From: an uncultured Actinomycetes bacterium
GTDB lineage: Bacteria > Actinomycetota > UBA4738 > HRBIN12
NCBI GenBank assembly: GCA_963704725.1
Contig: OY969934.1
Coordinates: 416,001-480,000, forward strand
DNA: 64,000 nt
Reading direction: 5' to 3'
Below the pieces are notes generated by a model, which did not search any database, was not told the origin of the DNA, and worked only from the letters and a program-made list of their open reading frames with translations. Position numbers and translations under genes: made by a program. Of the stretch, positions 1-8,612 are shown one piece after another; position 1 is the stretch's first letter; each line of letters begins with the position of its first letter.

Positions 1-1250
1 TCGAGCGCGTCCTGCGGCGCCCGATCCTGCGCGCGCGTGCGCCGGAGCAGGCTCCGGGCGGCCGCGGGGGAGAGCCCACCGAGCTCGGACACCAGCACCG
101 GCTCCACGAGCACGTCGCGCTCGAGGGGCCGGGCCACCCATCGGAGCGCGAGGGCGTAGGGCACGGTCGCCGGCTCGGCGGAGAGCGCCAGCCCGCTCTC
201 GGGCACGTGTCGCGGCACGCGGGCGTCGTCGAGCGCGCGCAGGAGCCCGCCGAGGTGCGCGCTCTGCCGCCGGACGACCACGGCCAGGTCGCGCCAGGCC
301 ACCCCTTCCTCCACGTGGACCCTCCGAAGCTCCCGGGCGACGCCGGCGTGCTCCTCGGAGGTGTGGGGCGCGAACCACGCGCGGATCGACACGTCCTCGC
401 CGCGATGGTCCGCCGTGAGGTCGACGCGGCGCGCATCCGGGAACCGCTCCTCGAACCGCAGCAGCGGCACCACCGTGGTCCCCTGGAACGAGTAGACGTG
501 CGCGCCGGGGTTCCCGGCCACCACGAGGCTCGCCGGGCGAAGGGCGGCGAGGAGCCGCTCGGCGCCGAACGTCGCATCCTGATAGTCGTCGACGAGCAGG
601 TGGTCGAAGAGCGGCTCGCCGCGCTCGGCCGCGACCGCGGCCTGCTCGACGAGACCGGCGAAGTCCACGGCGCCCTCGGCGTCGAGCACCTCGAGGTACC
701 GGCGGAGGAACCCGGCCAGCTCCCTCCACCCGCCGAGCCCGCGCCGCTCGCCCCACTCCTCGATGTCCTCCGGGCGCACGAGCGACTCCTGCGCGCGCAG
801 GACGAGCTGGCGGATCTCGTCGGCGAAGCCTCGGAGCCGCAGGAGCCCGCCGTACGCGGGCCACCTCTGGGGGTCCTCGCCCGCGAGCAGCTCTTGGACC
901 TTGGCGAACTGCTCGGCCGCCGCGAGGATCGTGGGCGGCGCCTCGTAGCGCAGCTCGTGGTACCGAGCGCTCACCACCTGGTAGGCGAGGCCCTGGACGG
1001 TCGAGACGCGCAGGCTCGGCACGGAGCTCCGCAGTCGCGCGAGCAGCTCGCGCCGGGCCTCGTCCCTCGCCCGACGGGAGCCGACGACGAGCGCGACGCG
1101 ATCGGGGTCGGCGCCGCCGGCCAGGAGGGCGAGGAACCGCTCCCGCAGGGCCGTCGTCTTGCCGGTGCCGAACCCGCCGCCGACGAGCAGCGGTCCGGCC
1201 TCGTGGTCGAGGACGAGTCGTTGGCGGGGATCGGGTTCGAACGGGGCCAT
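1..1250 (-). CDS. UvrD/REP-family (AdnA-like) ATP-dependent helicase, N-terminal part; runs off window edge
   Basis: Manual translation from ATG 1250: MAPFEPDPRQRLVLDHEAGPLLVGGGFGTGKTT (Q-motif + Walker A) and HLLVDDYQDAT (motif II). Not in the ORF track because its stop lies outside the window. Confidence 0.8.
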   Translation of the reverse strand, partial: MAPFEPDPRQRLVLDHEAGPLLVGGGFGTGKTTALRERFLALLAGGADPDRVALVVGSRRARDEARRELLARLRSSVPSLRVSTVQGLAYQVVSARYHELRYEAPPTILAAAEQFAKVQELLAGEDPQRWPAYGGLLRLRGFADEIRQLVLRAQESLVRPEDIEEWGERRGLGGWRELAGFLRRYLEVLDAEGAVDFAGLVEQAAVAAERGEPLFDHLLVDDYQDATFGAERLLAALRPASLVVAGNPGAHVYSFQGTTVVPLLRFEERFPDARRVDLTADHRGEDVSIRAWFAPHTSEEHAGVARELRRVHVEEGVAWRDLAVVVRRQSAHLGGLLRALDDARVPRHVPESGLALSAEPATVPYALALRWVARPLERDVLVEPVLVSELGGLSPAAARSLLRRTRAQDRAPQDAL

Positions 1251-1293
1251 GCGTCGCGATGCTACCCCCGGGGGCCGACAGGTTCGGCTCGAG

Positions 1294-2397
1294 CTACCTG
1301 GCGCGCGACGTGGCCCAGCGGCGAACGCCGCCGCCGGTGATCGCGCCGACGAGGTGGCCCTCGCGAAGGACGAGCGCGGCCCGCCCCGTTCCGAGCCGGG
1401 CCGAGACCTCCTCGAGGGTCTCCTCGGGATGGGCCACGAGCACGTGCTCGAGCGGGATCAGGGCATCGCGCGCCGGCCGGAGCGGATCGCGCCCCCCCAG
1501 GTCCCTGGACGAGTTGAACGAGATCATCCCGACCACCGTCCCGTCGCCCTCGACGACGGGGAAGGCCTCGGCTTCGTGGCCGCGCAGGAAGCGGTCGAGC
1601 GTCTCGGAGAGCGTGAGGTCGGCCGGGACGGCTGCGGGAGGTGGGTCCATGACGTCGGCCACGGTCGCGCCGGCGAGCCGCGCTGCGACGCCGATCTGCT
1701 GCTCGGACGCTCGCGCGCCCTGGAAGATGAAGAGCCCGATGATGCCGAACCAGAGCGCGTCGTTGAGACGGTCGTACGCCATCGCCAGGACGGCGCCGGC
1801 GAGCAGGAGCACGCCGACGCCCATGCCGGTCCAGGCGGCGATCCTCGTTCCCCGGACGCGGTTCCCGGTGACCCGCCACACGGCCGCTTGGAGCATCCGG
1901 CCCCCGTCCAGGGGCAGCCCCGGCAGGACGTTGAACACACCCATGACCGCGTTGAGGAGTCCCACGTACCGGAGCAGCGCCGACGCCGGATGGTCCCACC
2001 CACCCGTGAGCGAGGAGATCACCCACAGGACCCCGCCGAGAACCAGGCTCGTGCCGGGTCCGAGGGCCGCGATGGCGAACGCCGGGCCCGGTCCCTTCTC
2101 CTCCGAGCGCGCGGCCGTGAAGCCGCCGAAGAACACGAGCGTGATGCCGTCGACGTGGATGTTGGAGAGCCGGGCGGTGACCGCATGCGCCAGCTCGTGC
2201 AGAAGGACCGAGCCGAAGAACAGCACCGCGCCGAACACCGCGTACAGGAGGGCCTGGGTGCCGTCGAGTGCCGGGAACGCATCCTCCAGCCGCCCCGTTC
2301 CGAAGTACAGGGCGATCACCGCGATCCAGATCCAGGACACGTCGACGTTGACCGGGATCCCGCGGATCGTGAAGATGCGGAAACCGCGCCCGAACAC
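1294..2397 (-). CDS. Site-2 protease (peptidase M50) with C-terminal CBS pair
   Basis: HELAH zinc motif, NVLPGLPLDGG motif, TM helices, CBS-like C-terminus. Start taken at GTG 2397, 6 nt after TACGCT. Confidence 0.9.
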   Translation of the reverse strand: MFGRGFRIFTIRGIPVNVDVSWIWIAVIALYFGTGRLEDAFPALDGTQALLYAVFGAVLFFGSVLLHELAHAVTARLSNIHVDGITLVFFGGFTAARSEEKGPGPAFAIAALGPGTSLVLGGVLWVISSLTGGWDHPASALLRYVGLLNAVMGVFNVLPGLPLDGGRMLQAAVWRVTGNRVRGTRIAAWTGMGVGVLLLAGAVLAMAYDRLNDALWFGIIGLFIFQGARASEQQIGVAARLAGATVADVMDPPPAAVPADLTLSETLDRFLRGHEAEAFPVVEGDGTVVGMISFNSSRDLGGRDPLRPARDALIPLEHVLVAHPEETLEEVSARLGTGRAALVLREGHLVGAITGGGVRRWATSRAR

Positions 2398-2435
2398 GTC
2401 CCGAGCGTACCCCAGCACGCTGTGAAGGCCGTCTC

Positions 2436-3998
2436 GTGCGGGGCCGTGGATCGAACGCGCACCCGGTCTGCGACAGTGGGTGGGTGCAGGAGCGGCACGT
2501 TCGCCGGTCCCGGCGCGTCGGCATCGCGCTCGGGGTCTTCGTCGTCGGGCTGGCCGGCGCGTGGCTCGGCATGTCCCTGCTCGCCCCCGCCGTCGTCACC
2601 ATGGGGCCGTTCCACGTCGAGCTCGGCGCGCAGTTCGGCAAGGGCGAGACGCGGGTGGGGCTCCCGCCGTTCGGCTCGCTGAGCGCCGACACGCACCTCG
2701 CGCCGCTCACGGTCACGGCCACGCTCGAGGACGTCGGCGTCCAGCGGCTGACGGACGTGGTGCAGGCTCGAGGCGTCGACGGCCTCGTGTCCGACGTCGA
2801 GCGGGACGCGAGGGGCTCGATCGTCGGGGCGGCGTGGCGGGCGCTGCTCTCGGCCGGGATCGGGGGCGCCGTCCTCGGCGTGCTCGTCTACCGGAGCCGG
2901 TGGCGCCTGGTCGCCGGCGGCGCCGGGACCTCCGTCCTGTGCGTCCTGCTCTCCGAGTCGCTCCTGCTCGCGACGTTCCAGGTCTCCGCGTTCGCCCAAC
3001 CGACGTACTCAGGGTCGCTCGGGCTCGCCCCCGACCTGATCGGGCCGGTCCGCCGGACGACGGGACAGTTCAACGACCTGAAGGCCGGCCTGGAGCAGGT
3101 GGTCGACGGAGCGGTCGAGGCGTACACGACGCTGCGGACGACGACGCCGTTCGCGGACGACGCGATCCGCGTGCTGCACATCTCGGACATGCACGCGTCG
3201 CCGCTGGGGATGGACTTCGCCCGCGAGGTGGCGCGGGGCTTCGACGTCGACCTGGTGATCGACACCGGTGACCTCACCTCGTTCGCGACGCCCGTGGAGA
3301 ACCTGATCGTCTCGAGGATCCCGTCGTTCGGGCGTCCCTACGTGTTCGTGCGTGGGAATCACGACTCGATCACCCTGCAGGCCGAGGTGGCGCACGTGCC
3401 GAACGCGATCGTCCTCGACGGTCACGCCAGGACGGTGGCCGGCCTTCGGATCTTCGGCCTGGGCGACCCGGCGTTCACCCCGGCGCGCGGGGTCCCGGTC
3501 GACGACGAGGCGTTCAACGCGATCGTCCAGGGCGCCGACCCCGTCGTCGCCGAAGACGTCGACGCCCTCGAGGACCCCCCCGACGTCGTCGCCGTCCACG
3601 ACGACCGGATGGCCGAGTCCGTCGCGGGCCGGGTTCCACTGGTGATCTCCGGGCACTTCCACGCCACCAACTCCCGCGTCGAGAACGGCACCCTGTTCCT
3701 GCGGATCGGCACGACGGGAGGCTCGGGCGCGGGCATCTTCCGGGGGTTCGACATCCCGTTCTCGGCGGAGGTCCTCTACTTCTCCCGGGAGGAGCAGCCG
3801 AAGCTGCTCGCCTACGACGTGATCGAGCAGCAACCCGACTCGGGGAGCCTCACCGTGACCCGCGTGAACGTCCAGGACACGTTCGGCGAGCTGGTCCTCA
3901 CGCCGACGCCCTCGATCACAACGTCGGAAGTGACCGGATCGATCTCGGCGACTCCGAGCACGGGAACCCCCTCCCCGTCCCCCACGTCGTCCCCGTGA
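2436..3998 (+). CDS. Membrane-anchored calcineurin-like metallophosphoesterase
   Basis: HISDMH, DTGD, RGNHD and SGHFH motifs after N-terminal TM segments; S/T/P-rich tail. Start uncertain (2436 or 2484). Confidence 0.85.
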   Translation: MRGRGSNAHPVCDSGWVQERHVRRSRRVGIALGVFVVGLAGAWLGMSLLAPAVVTMGPFHVELGAQFGKGETRVGLPPFGSLSADTHLAPLTVTATLEDVGVQRLTDVVQARGVDGLVSDVERDARGSIVGAAWRALLSAGIGGAVLGVLVYRSRWRLVAGGAGTSVLCVLLSESLLLATFQVSAFAQPTYSGSLGLAPDLIGPVRRTTGQFNDLKAGLEQVVDGAVEAYTTLRTTTPFADDAIRVLHISDMHASPLGMDFAREVARGFDVDLVIDTGDLTSFATPVENLIVSRIPSFGRPYVFVRGNHDSITLQAEVAHVPNAIVLDGHARTVAGLRIFGLGDPAFTPARGVPVDDEAFNAIVQGADPVVAEDVDALEDPPDVVAVHDDRMAESVAGRVPLVISGHFHATNSRVENGTLFLRIGTTGGSGAGIFRGFDIPFSAEVLYFSREEQPKLLAYDVIEQQPDSGSLTVTRVNVQDTFGELVLTPTPSITTSEVTGSISATPSTGTPSPSPTSSP

Positions 3999-4152
3999 CC
4001 GACTCGACGAACCGTCGCCCCGCCGGTCCCTCGGCGACCCGCTGCTAAGGTGGGCCGGGCTCCCGGGACCGACGCCCGGTTCCGGTGGACGGGCGTCCGG
4101 CCCGGCCTACCCTCCCTTCCACGCGGGCGTGCCCGCGGGGCCGGGCCGGACC

Positions 4153-5058
4153 CTACTCCTCGAGTCCGAGCAGGGCGCCGAGGTCCCGGGCGTTGTTCAC
4201 GGCGAAGTCCCGGTAGCAGTTGTTCATCAGGACGTGGGTCTCGCGCACCTGGTGGGCGAGCCCCTCGATCCTCGGGACCCACTCCTTCAGCTCCTTCGCC
4301 GAGTACTCGTAGCGGAAGCGCTCGGACGCACCGACGTTCTTCTTGGCCCACACGTCGCGGTCGCGTCCGTGGAAGCGCACCACCGCGAGGTCCTTCGCGG
4401 TCGCCGCGGCCACCGGGGGGATCGAGGAGTCGAAGCCCTGGGGCATGTCGACGCAGACGAACGGCAGGTCGTGCTCCTCGAGGAACGAGAGCGTCTCCTC
4501 GGCGTTGCGCTCCTGCATCCACGTCTTGTGGCGGAACTCGACGACCACGCGGAAGTCCCTCAGGCGGTCGGCGCACTCGAGGATGTAGTCCCTGTTCTTG
4601 CGTCCGATCACGAACCATTGCGGGAACTGGAACAGGACGGCCCCCAGCTTGCCGGCCGAGTGCAGCGGCATCAGCGCGTCGTGGAAGCGCTGCCAGACCT
4701 CGTCGACGAGCGACTCGGGAAGCTGCTCGCGGTAGAGGTTCTTCTTGTCTTCGAGGTCCTTGGGGATGTCGGCCTGGAGGTCCTTGTAGACCGATTCGCG
4801 CTTCGTCGGGTGATTGGTCAGCAACGAGTACGCCTTGATGTTGAACGTGAAGTCCTTCGGTGTGCGCTCGATCCACAGGACCGAGTTCTTCTCGCTCGGC
4901 GGGAAGTAGTAGGTGGAGTCGACCTCGACGATGGGGAACTGCTCGGCGTAGTAGCGCAGGCGAGCCTCGGCCGACGTGGTCCCGGCAGGGTAGAAGTGGC
5001 CCTCCTTGACGAGCGTCGGATCGGTCCAGCTCGCCGTACCGATCAGGATCCGGGGCAC
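4153..5058 (-). CDS. DUF72 (YecE-like) protein
   Basis: IGTASW, VEVDSTYY, LFQFP, VEFRH, RFHGR and YEYS motifs. Confidence 0.9.
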   Translation of the reverse strand: MPRILIGTASWTDPTLVKEGHFYPAGTTSAEARLRYYAEQFPIVEVDSTYYFPPSEKNSVLWIERTPKDFTFNIKAYSLLTNHPTKRESVYKDLQADIPKDLEDKKNLYREQLPESLVDEVWQRFHDALMPLHSAGKLGAVLFQFPQWFVIGRKNRDYILECADRLRDFRVVVEFRHKTWMQERNAEETLSFLEEHDLPFVCVDMPQGFDSSIPPVAAATAKDLAVVRFHGRDRDVWAKKNVGASERFRYEYSAKELKEWVPRIEGLAHQVRETHVLMNNCYRDFAVNNARDLGALLGLEE

Positions 5059-5067
5059 CCTCGCAGC

Positions 5068-5361
5068 CTAGCGGCCTCCGCCGGCGTCCGGCCGGGGCCG
5101 CCTCAGTGCCCGGTCCTTGGCCCGCGACGCCGATCGGCGCGCGTAGTTCAGCGCTCGCTGAGCCCAGACGTACTCCGTCGCGAGCGTCGCCAGCCCGGCG
5201 AAGACCAGCAGGAGCCCGGGACCCGGAAGCACGAGCAGCGCCGCGCCGGCGACGACGAGCACGAACCCGACGACCGTGATCGCGATGCGGCGACCGTTCC
5301 GACCGAGGAACCGCGCGATCGCGCCGAGGGGGAACCAGATCCAGCGGGAGACGTTCGCCAT
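5068..5361 (-). CDS. PGPGW-domain small membrane protein
   Basis: LLVLPGPGLLLVFAGLATLATEYVWA signature. Confidence 0.85.
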   Translation of the reverse strand: MANVSRWIWFPLGAIARFLGRNGRRIAITVVGFVLVVAGAALLVLPGPGLLLVFAGLATLATEYVWAQRALNYARRSASRAKDRALRRPRPDAGGGR

Positions 5362-5430
5362 CCTCGGCCCATCGTACGCAAGGAAGCCGCGCGTCGGGCG
5401 CGCGGCTTCCGCGAGGCGAGGGGCGGTGGG

Positions 5431-5883
5431 CTACGCGGCGATCAGGTCGTCGTCGCCGCCTCCCGAGCCCGAGTGGTCCTCGTTGCCGTCATCTGGGCCG
5501 GACTGGTCGTCGCTCTGGTCGTCGCCCTGGTCGTCGTCCATGTTCCCGGGCCCCTCGTTCTCGCTCGGCCCGGAGCTGTCGTCGCCGATCTCGTCGGCGT
5601 CGTCGTCGCCGGGACCGGAGTTGTCGTCCATGCCGGCCATGGAGCCGCCCTGGCAGGCGGGGTCGTTCGCGTGCTCGGCCTCGTCGCAGTTCCCCCGGAC
5701 CTCCTGGACTGCGTCGTGACGCGCCGGGGCCCCGGGCGACATCGTCCTCGAGTCCACCCCGGCCGAAGGCGTCCTCGGTGAGCGCGACGGATCGCCGGTT
5801 CCCGCGGCGAACGCGCTCACACCCAGCGCGGCCACCACGATCAGCGCGCCGATGATCGCGCCGATACGGATCGTGTTCTTCAT
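5431..5883 (-). CDS. Secreted Asp/Gly/Ser-rich protein with CDEAEHANDPAC motif
   Basis: SD GGAGGT before ATG 5883; signal peptide MKNTIRIG...SAFA; DDxSGP/S repeats. Confidence 0.7.
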   Translation of the reverse strand: MKNTIRIGAIIGALIVVAALGVSAFAAGTGDPSRSPRTPSAGVDSRTMSPGAPARHDAVQEVRGNCDEAEHANDPACQGGSMAGMDDNSGPGDDDADEIGDDSSGPSENEGPGNMDDDQGDDQSDDQSGPDDGNEDHSGSGGGDDDLIAA

Positions 5884-5953
5884 GCTGCACCTCCCACGTC
5901 GGTTCCCGCATCCCAAGGTAGGGAGGCGGCGGTTACGGACGGTGCAGACGTGA

Positions 5954-5970
5954 GCTAAGGACGGGCAAAG
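5954..5970. promoter_or_regulatory. Candidate OmpR-type direct-repeat site GCTAAG-N4-GGCAAAG upstream of the 5431-5883 gene
   Basis: Matches GGTAAG-N4-GGTAAAG at 6456-6472 upstream of the neighbouring gene. Confidence 0.4.
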
Positions 5971-5979
5971 ACCCGGCGG

Positions 5980-6432
5980 TCAGTCGTCGTCGCCGCCGCT
6001 GGAGCCGTCGTCCGAGCCGGAGCCACCCGAGTCATCGGACCCCGACCCCGAGTGATCCTCGGAGTCACCGGTGCCCGATCCCGAATCCGACCCGGAGTCG
6101 ACGCTCGTGCCCGAGCTGGAGTTGTCGCCCGATCCATCGCCGGAGCCCGATCCCGAGTCGGGAGAGCTCGTGCCCGAGTGGTCGTCGGATCCGGAGCCCG
6201 ACCCGCCGTGATCGTCGGGTGAGGGCGAGGCCTCGTGGGTGCGTCGAGGCCGCGGCGACTCCGATGCGTGCTCGGGGCTGTGCGACGGTTCCTGAGAGAC
6301 GTGCGGGATCGAGGGCGAGGCGGGCTCGCCGATGTCCTGCCCTGCCAGCGCGAATGCCCCTGCCGTGAGCGCGAGGGCGATCACGAGACCGACCACTCCC
6401 CACATGACCGCGCCGAGGATGCGCTTCGACAT
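5980..6432 (-). CDS. Secreted or anchored Ser/Gly/Asp-rich low-complexity protein
   Basis: Hydrophobic N-terminus ending AFALA, then DDHSG/SGSG repeats; TACCGT 6 nt before ATG. Confidence 0.7.
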   Translation of the reverse strand: MSKRILGAVMWGVVGLVIALALTAGAFALAGQDIGEPASPSIPHVSQEPSHSPEHASESPRPRRTHEASPSPDDHGGSGSGSDDHSGTSSPDSGSGSGDGSGDNSSSGTSVDSGSDSGSGTGDSEDHSGSGSDDSGGSGSDDGSSGGDDD

Positions 6433-6455
6433 GGCACCACGGTAGCGAGGGGCAG

Positions 6456-6472
6456 GGTAAGAGCTGGTAAAG
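6456..6472. promoter_or_regulatory. Candidate OmpR-type direct repeat GGTAAG-N4-GGTAAAG
   Basis: 10-bp-period GGTAA repeat 11 nt upstream of the putative -10 (TACCGT on - strand) of the 5980-6432 gene. Confidence 0.4.
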
Positions 6473-6474
6473 CG

Positions 6475-7869
6475 TCAACCGGCAGACCGCAGGCGGACCT
6501 CGACCCTCGTGCCCTGGCCGACGGCGCTGGTCACGGCGAGCGAACCGCCCCACTTCTCGGCGAGGTCGCGCGCGATCGCCAGGCCGAGGCCGGACCCGCC
6601 GCTCGGCGCCGCCCGGCCACGGTAGAAGCGCTCGGTCACACGCGCGAGCTCCTCGTGAGGGATCCCGGGCCCGTGGTCCTGCACGGCGACGAACGCGTGG
6701 CCGTCGAGCAGGCCCGACTCCACCGTGATCTCCCCCGGCGCGTACGCGATCGCGTTGTCGAGGAGGTTGTCGAGGATCTGGTCGAGGTCCGAGGGGTTGC
6801 CCTGCGCGGTGACCGCCTGCCCGTTCGAGCGCAGGGTCGTCTCGAGTCGATTCGCGCGTTCCTCCCACCGGGCGAGGGCCCGCGCCACGGCGTCGGCCAG
6901 GTCGACATGCGTGGGCTCGCCCTCCTCGATCTCGCGCGACATGTCGAGGAGCCGGTCGACGATCTCGGACAGCCGGTCGACCTCCCGCTCCGCCGCCTCG
7001 AGGTGCCGGCGGACGTCCTCGTCGGTCGCCTCCGCCGTCGCCGACTCGAGCCGGAGCTTCATCCCCGTCAGCGGCGTCCGGAGCTGGTGCGACGCGTTCG
7101 CCACGAACTCGCGCTGCGCCCGCACGGTGCGCTCCAGGCGGTCGGCCATCTCGTCGAACGAGCGTCCGAGCACCTCGATCTCGCGCGCGCCTCGGACGTC
7201 TTCCGCGCGAGCGGACAGATCGCCCTCGCCGAGGCGCCTCGCGGCTCCCGCGAGCCGTGTGAGGGGCCGGGAGAGCGAGCCGGCCAGGCCGAAGGCGATC
7301 AGGAGCCCGGCGAGCAGGCCCGCCAAGCCGATCGCGGCCAGGCCCAACGTCGTTCGCCGAACGCTGTCGGCGACCTGTTGGGCGCTTTCCGTCAGGCGGA
7401 CCGCGCCGATGATCGCGCCGCCCTCGTCGAAGACGGGCACGGCCGTCGCCAGGAGATCGTAGCCGAGCTCATCGCTGTGCCGAACCTCCGAGTAGGTGTC
7501 GCCGGCGAGGGCCGTCACGATCTCGGGCCGCTGGTCGTTCGCGTAGTTCTGACCCAGGCTCGCCGGCCCTTCCGAGTCGGCGAGCAGGATCCCGTTGCCG
7601 TCGACGAGGATGACCCGGGTCCCCTCGGTCTCCGACGCGACCTCCCGGACGACGCGCTGGAGGTTGCGCGCCTCGGCGTTCGGCGCATCGGTGTCGAGTC
7701 CCTGGGGAGCGATCGCCGCCGCGACCGCCTCCGCCTGCACGAGCGCTTCGCTCTTGAGCTCCGCCGTGGCACGGCGTTGGAGCTGGATCGTGAGGGGCAC
7801 GCCGAGCGCGACGATCACGACGATGAGGATGTAGGCGAACGCGATGACGAGGCGGGTGCGGACCTTCGT
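6475..7869 (-). CDS. HAMP-HisKA-HATPase sensor histidine kinase (OmpR-partner type)
   Basis: FVANASHQLRTPLT H-box, NLLDNA, DHGPGI and GSGLGL boxes. The frame extends to ACG 7869 (KVRTRLVIAFAYILIVV), which has SD AGGAGG 5 nt upstream. Confidence 0.9.
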   Translation of the reverse strand, partial: TKVRTRLVIAFAYILIVVIVALGVPLTIQLQRRATAELKSEALVQAEAVAAAIAPQGLDTDAPNAEARNLQRVVREVASETEGTRVILVDGNGILLADSEGPASLGQNYANDQRPEIVTALAGDTYSEVRHSDELGYDLLATAVPVFDEGGAIIGAVRLTESAQQVADSVRRTTLGLAAIGLAGLLAGLLIAFGLAGSLSRPLTRLAGAARRLGEGDLSARAEDVRGAREIEVLGRSFDEMADRLERTVRAQREFVANASHQLRTPLTGMKLRLESATAEATDEDVRRHLEAAEREVDRLSEIVDRLLDMSREIEEGEPTHVDLADAVARALARWEERANRLETTLRSNGQAVTAQGNPSDLDQILDNLLDNAIAYAPGEITVESGLLDGHAFVAVQDHGPGIPHEELARVTERFYRGRAAPSGGSGLGLAIARDLAEKWGGSLAVTSAVGQGTRVEVRLRSAG

Positions 7870-7878
7870 GAGAGCCTC

Positions 7879-8568
7879 CTACGCCTCCTCGGGCGCGAGG
7901 AACCGGAACCCGACGCCTCGGATCGTCGTGATGTAGCGGGGGTTCGAGGGGTCGTCCTCGATCTTCTTGCGCAGCCACGAGACGTGGACGTCGAGCGTCT
8001 TGGTCGGCCCGAACCAGTGGGGGTCCCAGACCTCGTCCATGATCTCCTCCCGCCGCAGGACCTGGCCGGCGCTCGCCATCAGCATGTTGAGCAGGTCGAA
8101 CTCCTTCGCGGCGAGCTCGAGAGACTCGCCGTCCTTGGTCACGGTGCGGGAGGCGGGGTCGAGGCGGAGGGCGCCCACCTCGATGGGACCGCGTCGCTCC
8201 GAGGCTCGGCCGCGCCGCAGGATCGCCCGGATCCGCGCCGTGAGCTCGCGCATCGAGAACGGCTTCACCACGTAGTCGTCGGCACCCAGCTCGAGGCCGA
8301 CCACGCGATCGATCTCCTCGCCTCGGGCGGTGAGCATGACGATGGGCACGTCCGAGCTCCGGCGGATCTCGCGGGCCAGGTCTCGCCCGTCGCCGTCGGG
8401 GAGCATCACGTCGAGCAGGATCAGGTCGGGCGGGCGGCCCTCGTACGCGTCCCTGGCCGAGGCGATCGTGTCGGCGACCTCGGCGTCGAAGCCCTCCCGC
8501 TCGAGGCTCTCGGCGAGAGGCTCGGAGATCGCGCGCTCGTCCTCCACCACCAGGATCCGAGGCTTCAC
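7879..8568 (-). CDS. OmpR/PhoB-family response regulator
   Basis: ILVVEDE, LLDVMLPD, GADDYVVKPF and wHTH ITTIRGVGFRF; start GTG 8568. Confidence 0.95.
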   Translation of the reverse strand: MKPRILVVEDERAISEPLAESLEREGFDAEVADTIASARDAYEGRPPDLILLDVMLPDGDGRDLAREIRRSSDVPIVMLTARGEEIDRVVGLELGADDYVVKPFSMRELTARIRAILRRGRASERRGPIEVGALRLDPASRTVTKDGESLELAAKEFDLLNMLMASAGQVLRREEIMDEVWDPHWFGPTKTLDVHVSWLRKKIEDDPSNPRYITTIRGVGFRFLAPEEA

Positions 8569-8612
8569 GATCGGATGGTACTCGTCGGTACGCGGGCGGG
8601 CGGCGGGTTTGT

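Noticed and set aside
5431-6230. Repetitive DNA as a possible CRISPR or tandem array
   Set aside because: Repeats are imperfect codon-level Asp/Ser/Gly runs inside ORFs, with no constant repeat-spacer structure and no cas genes.
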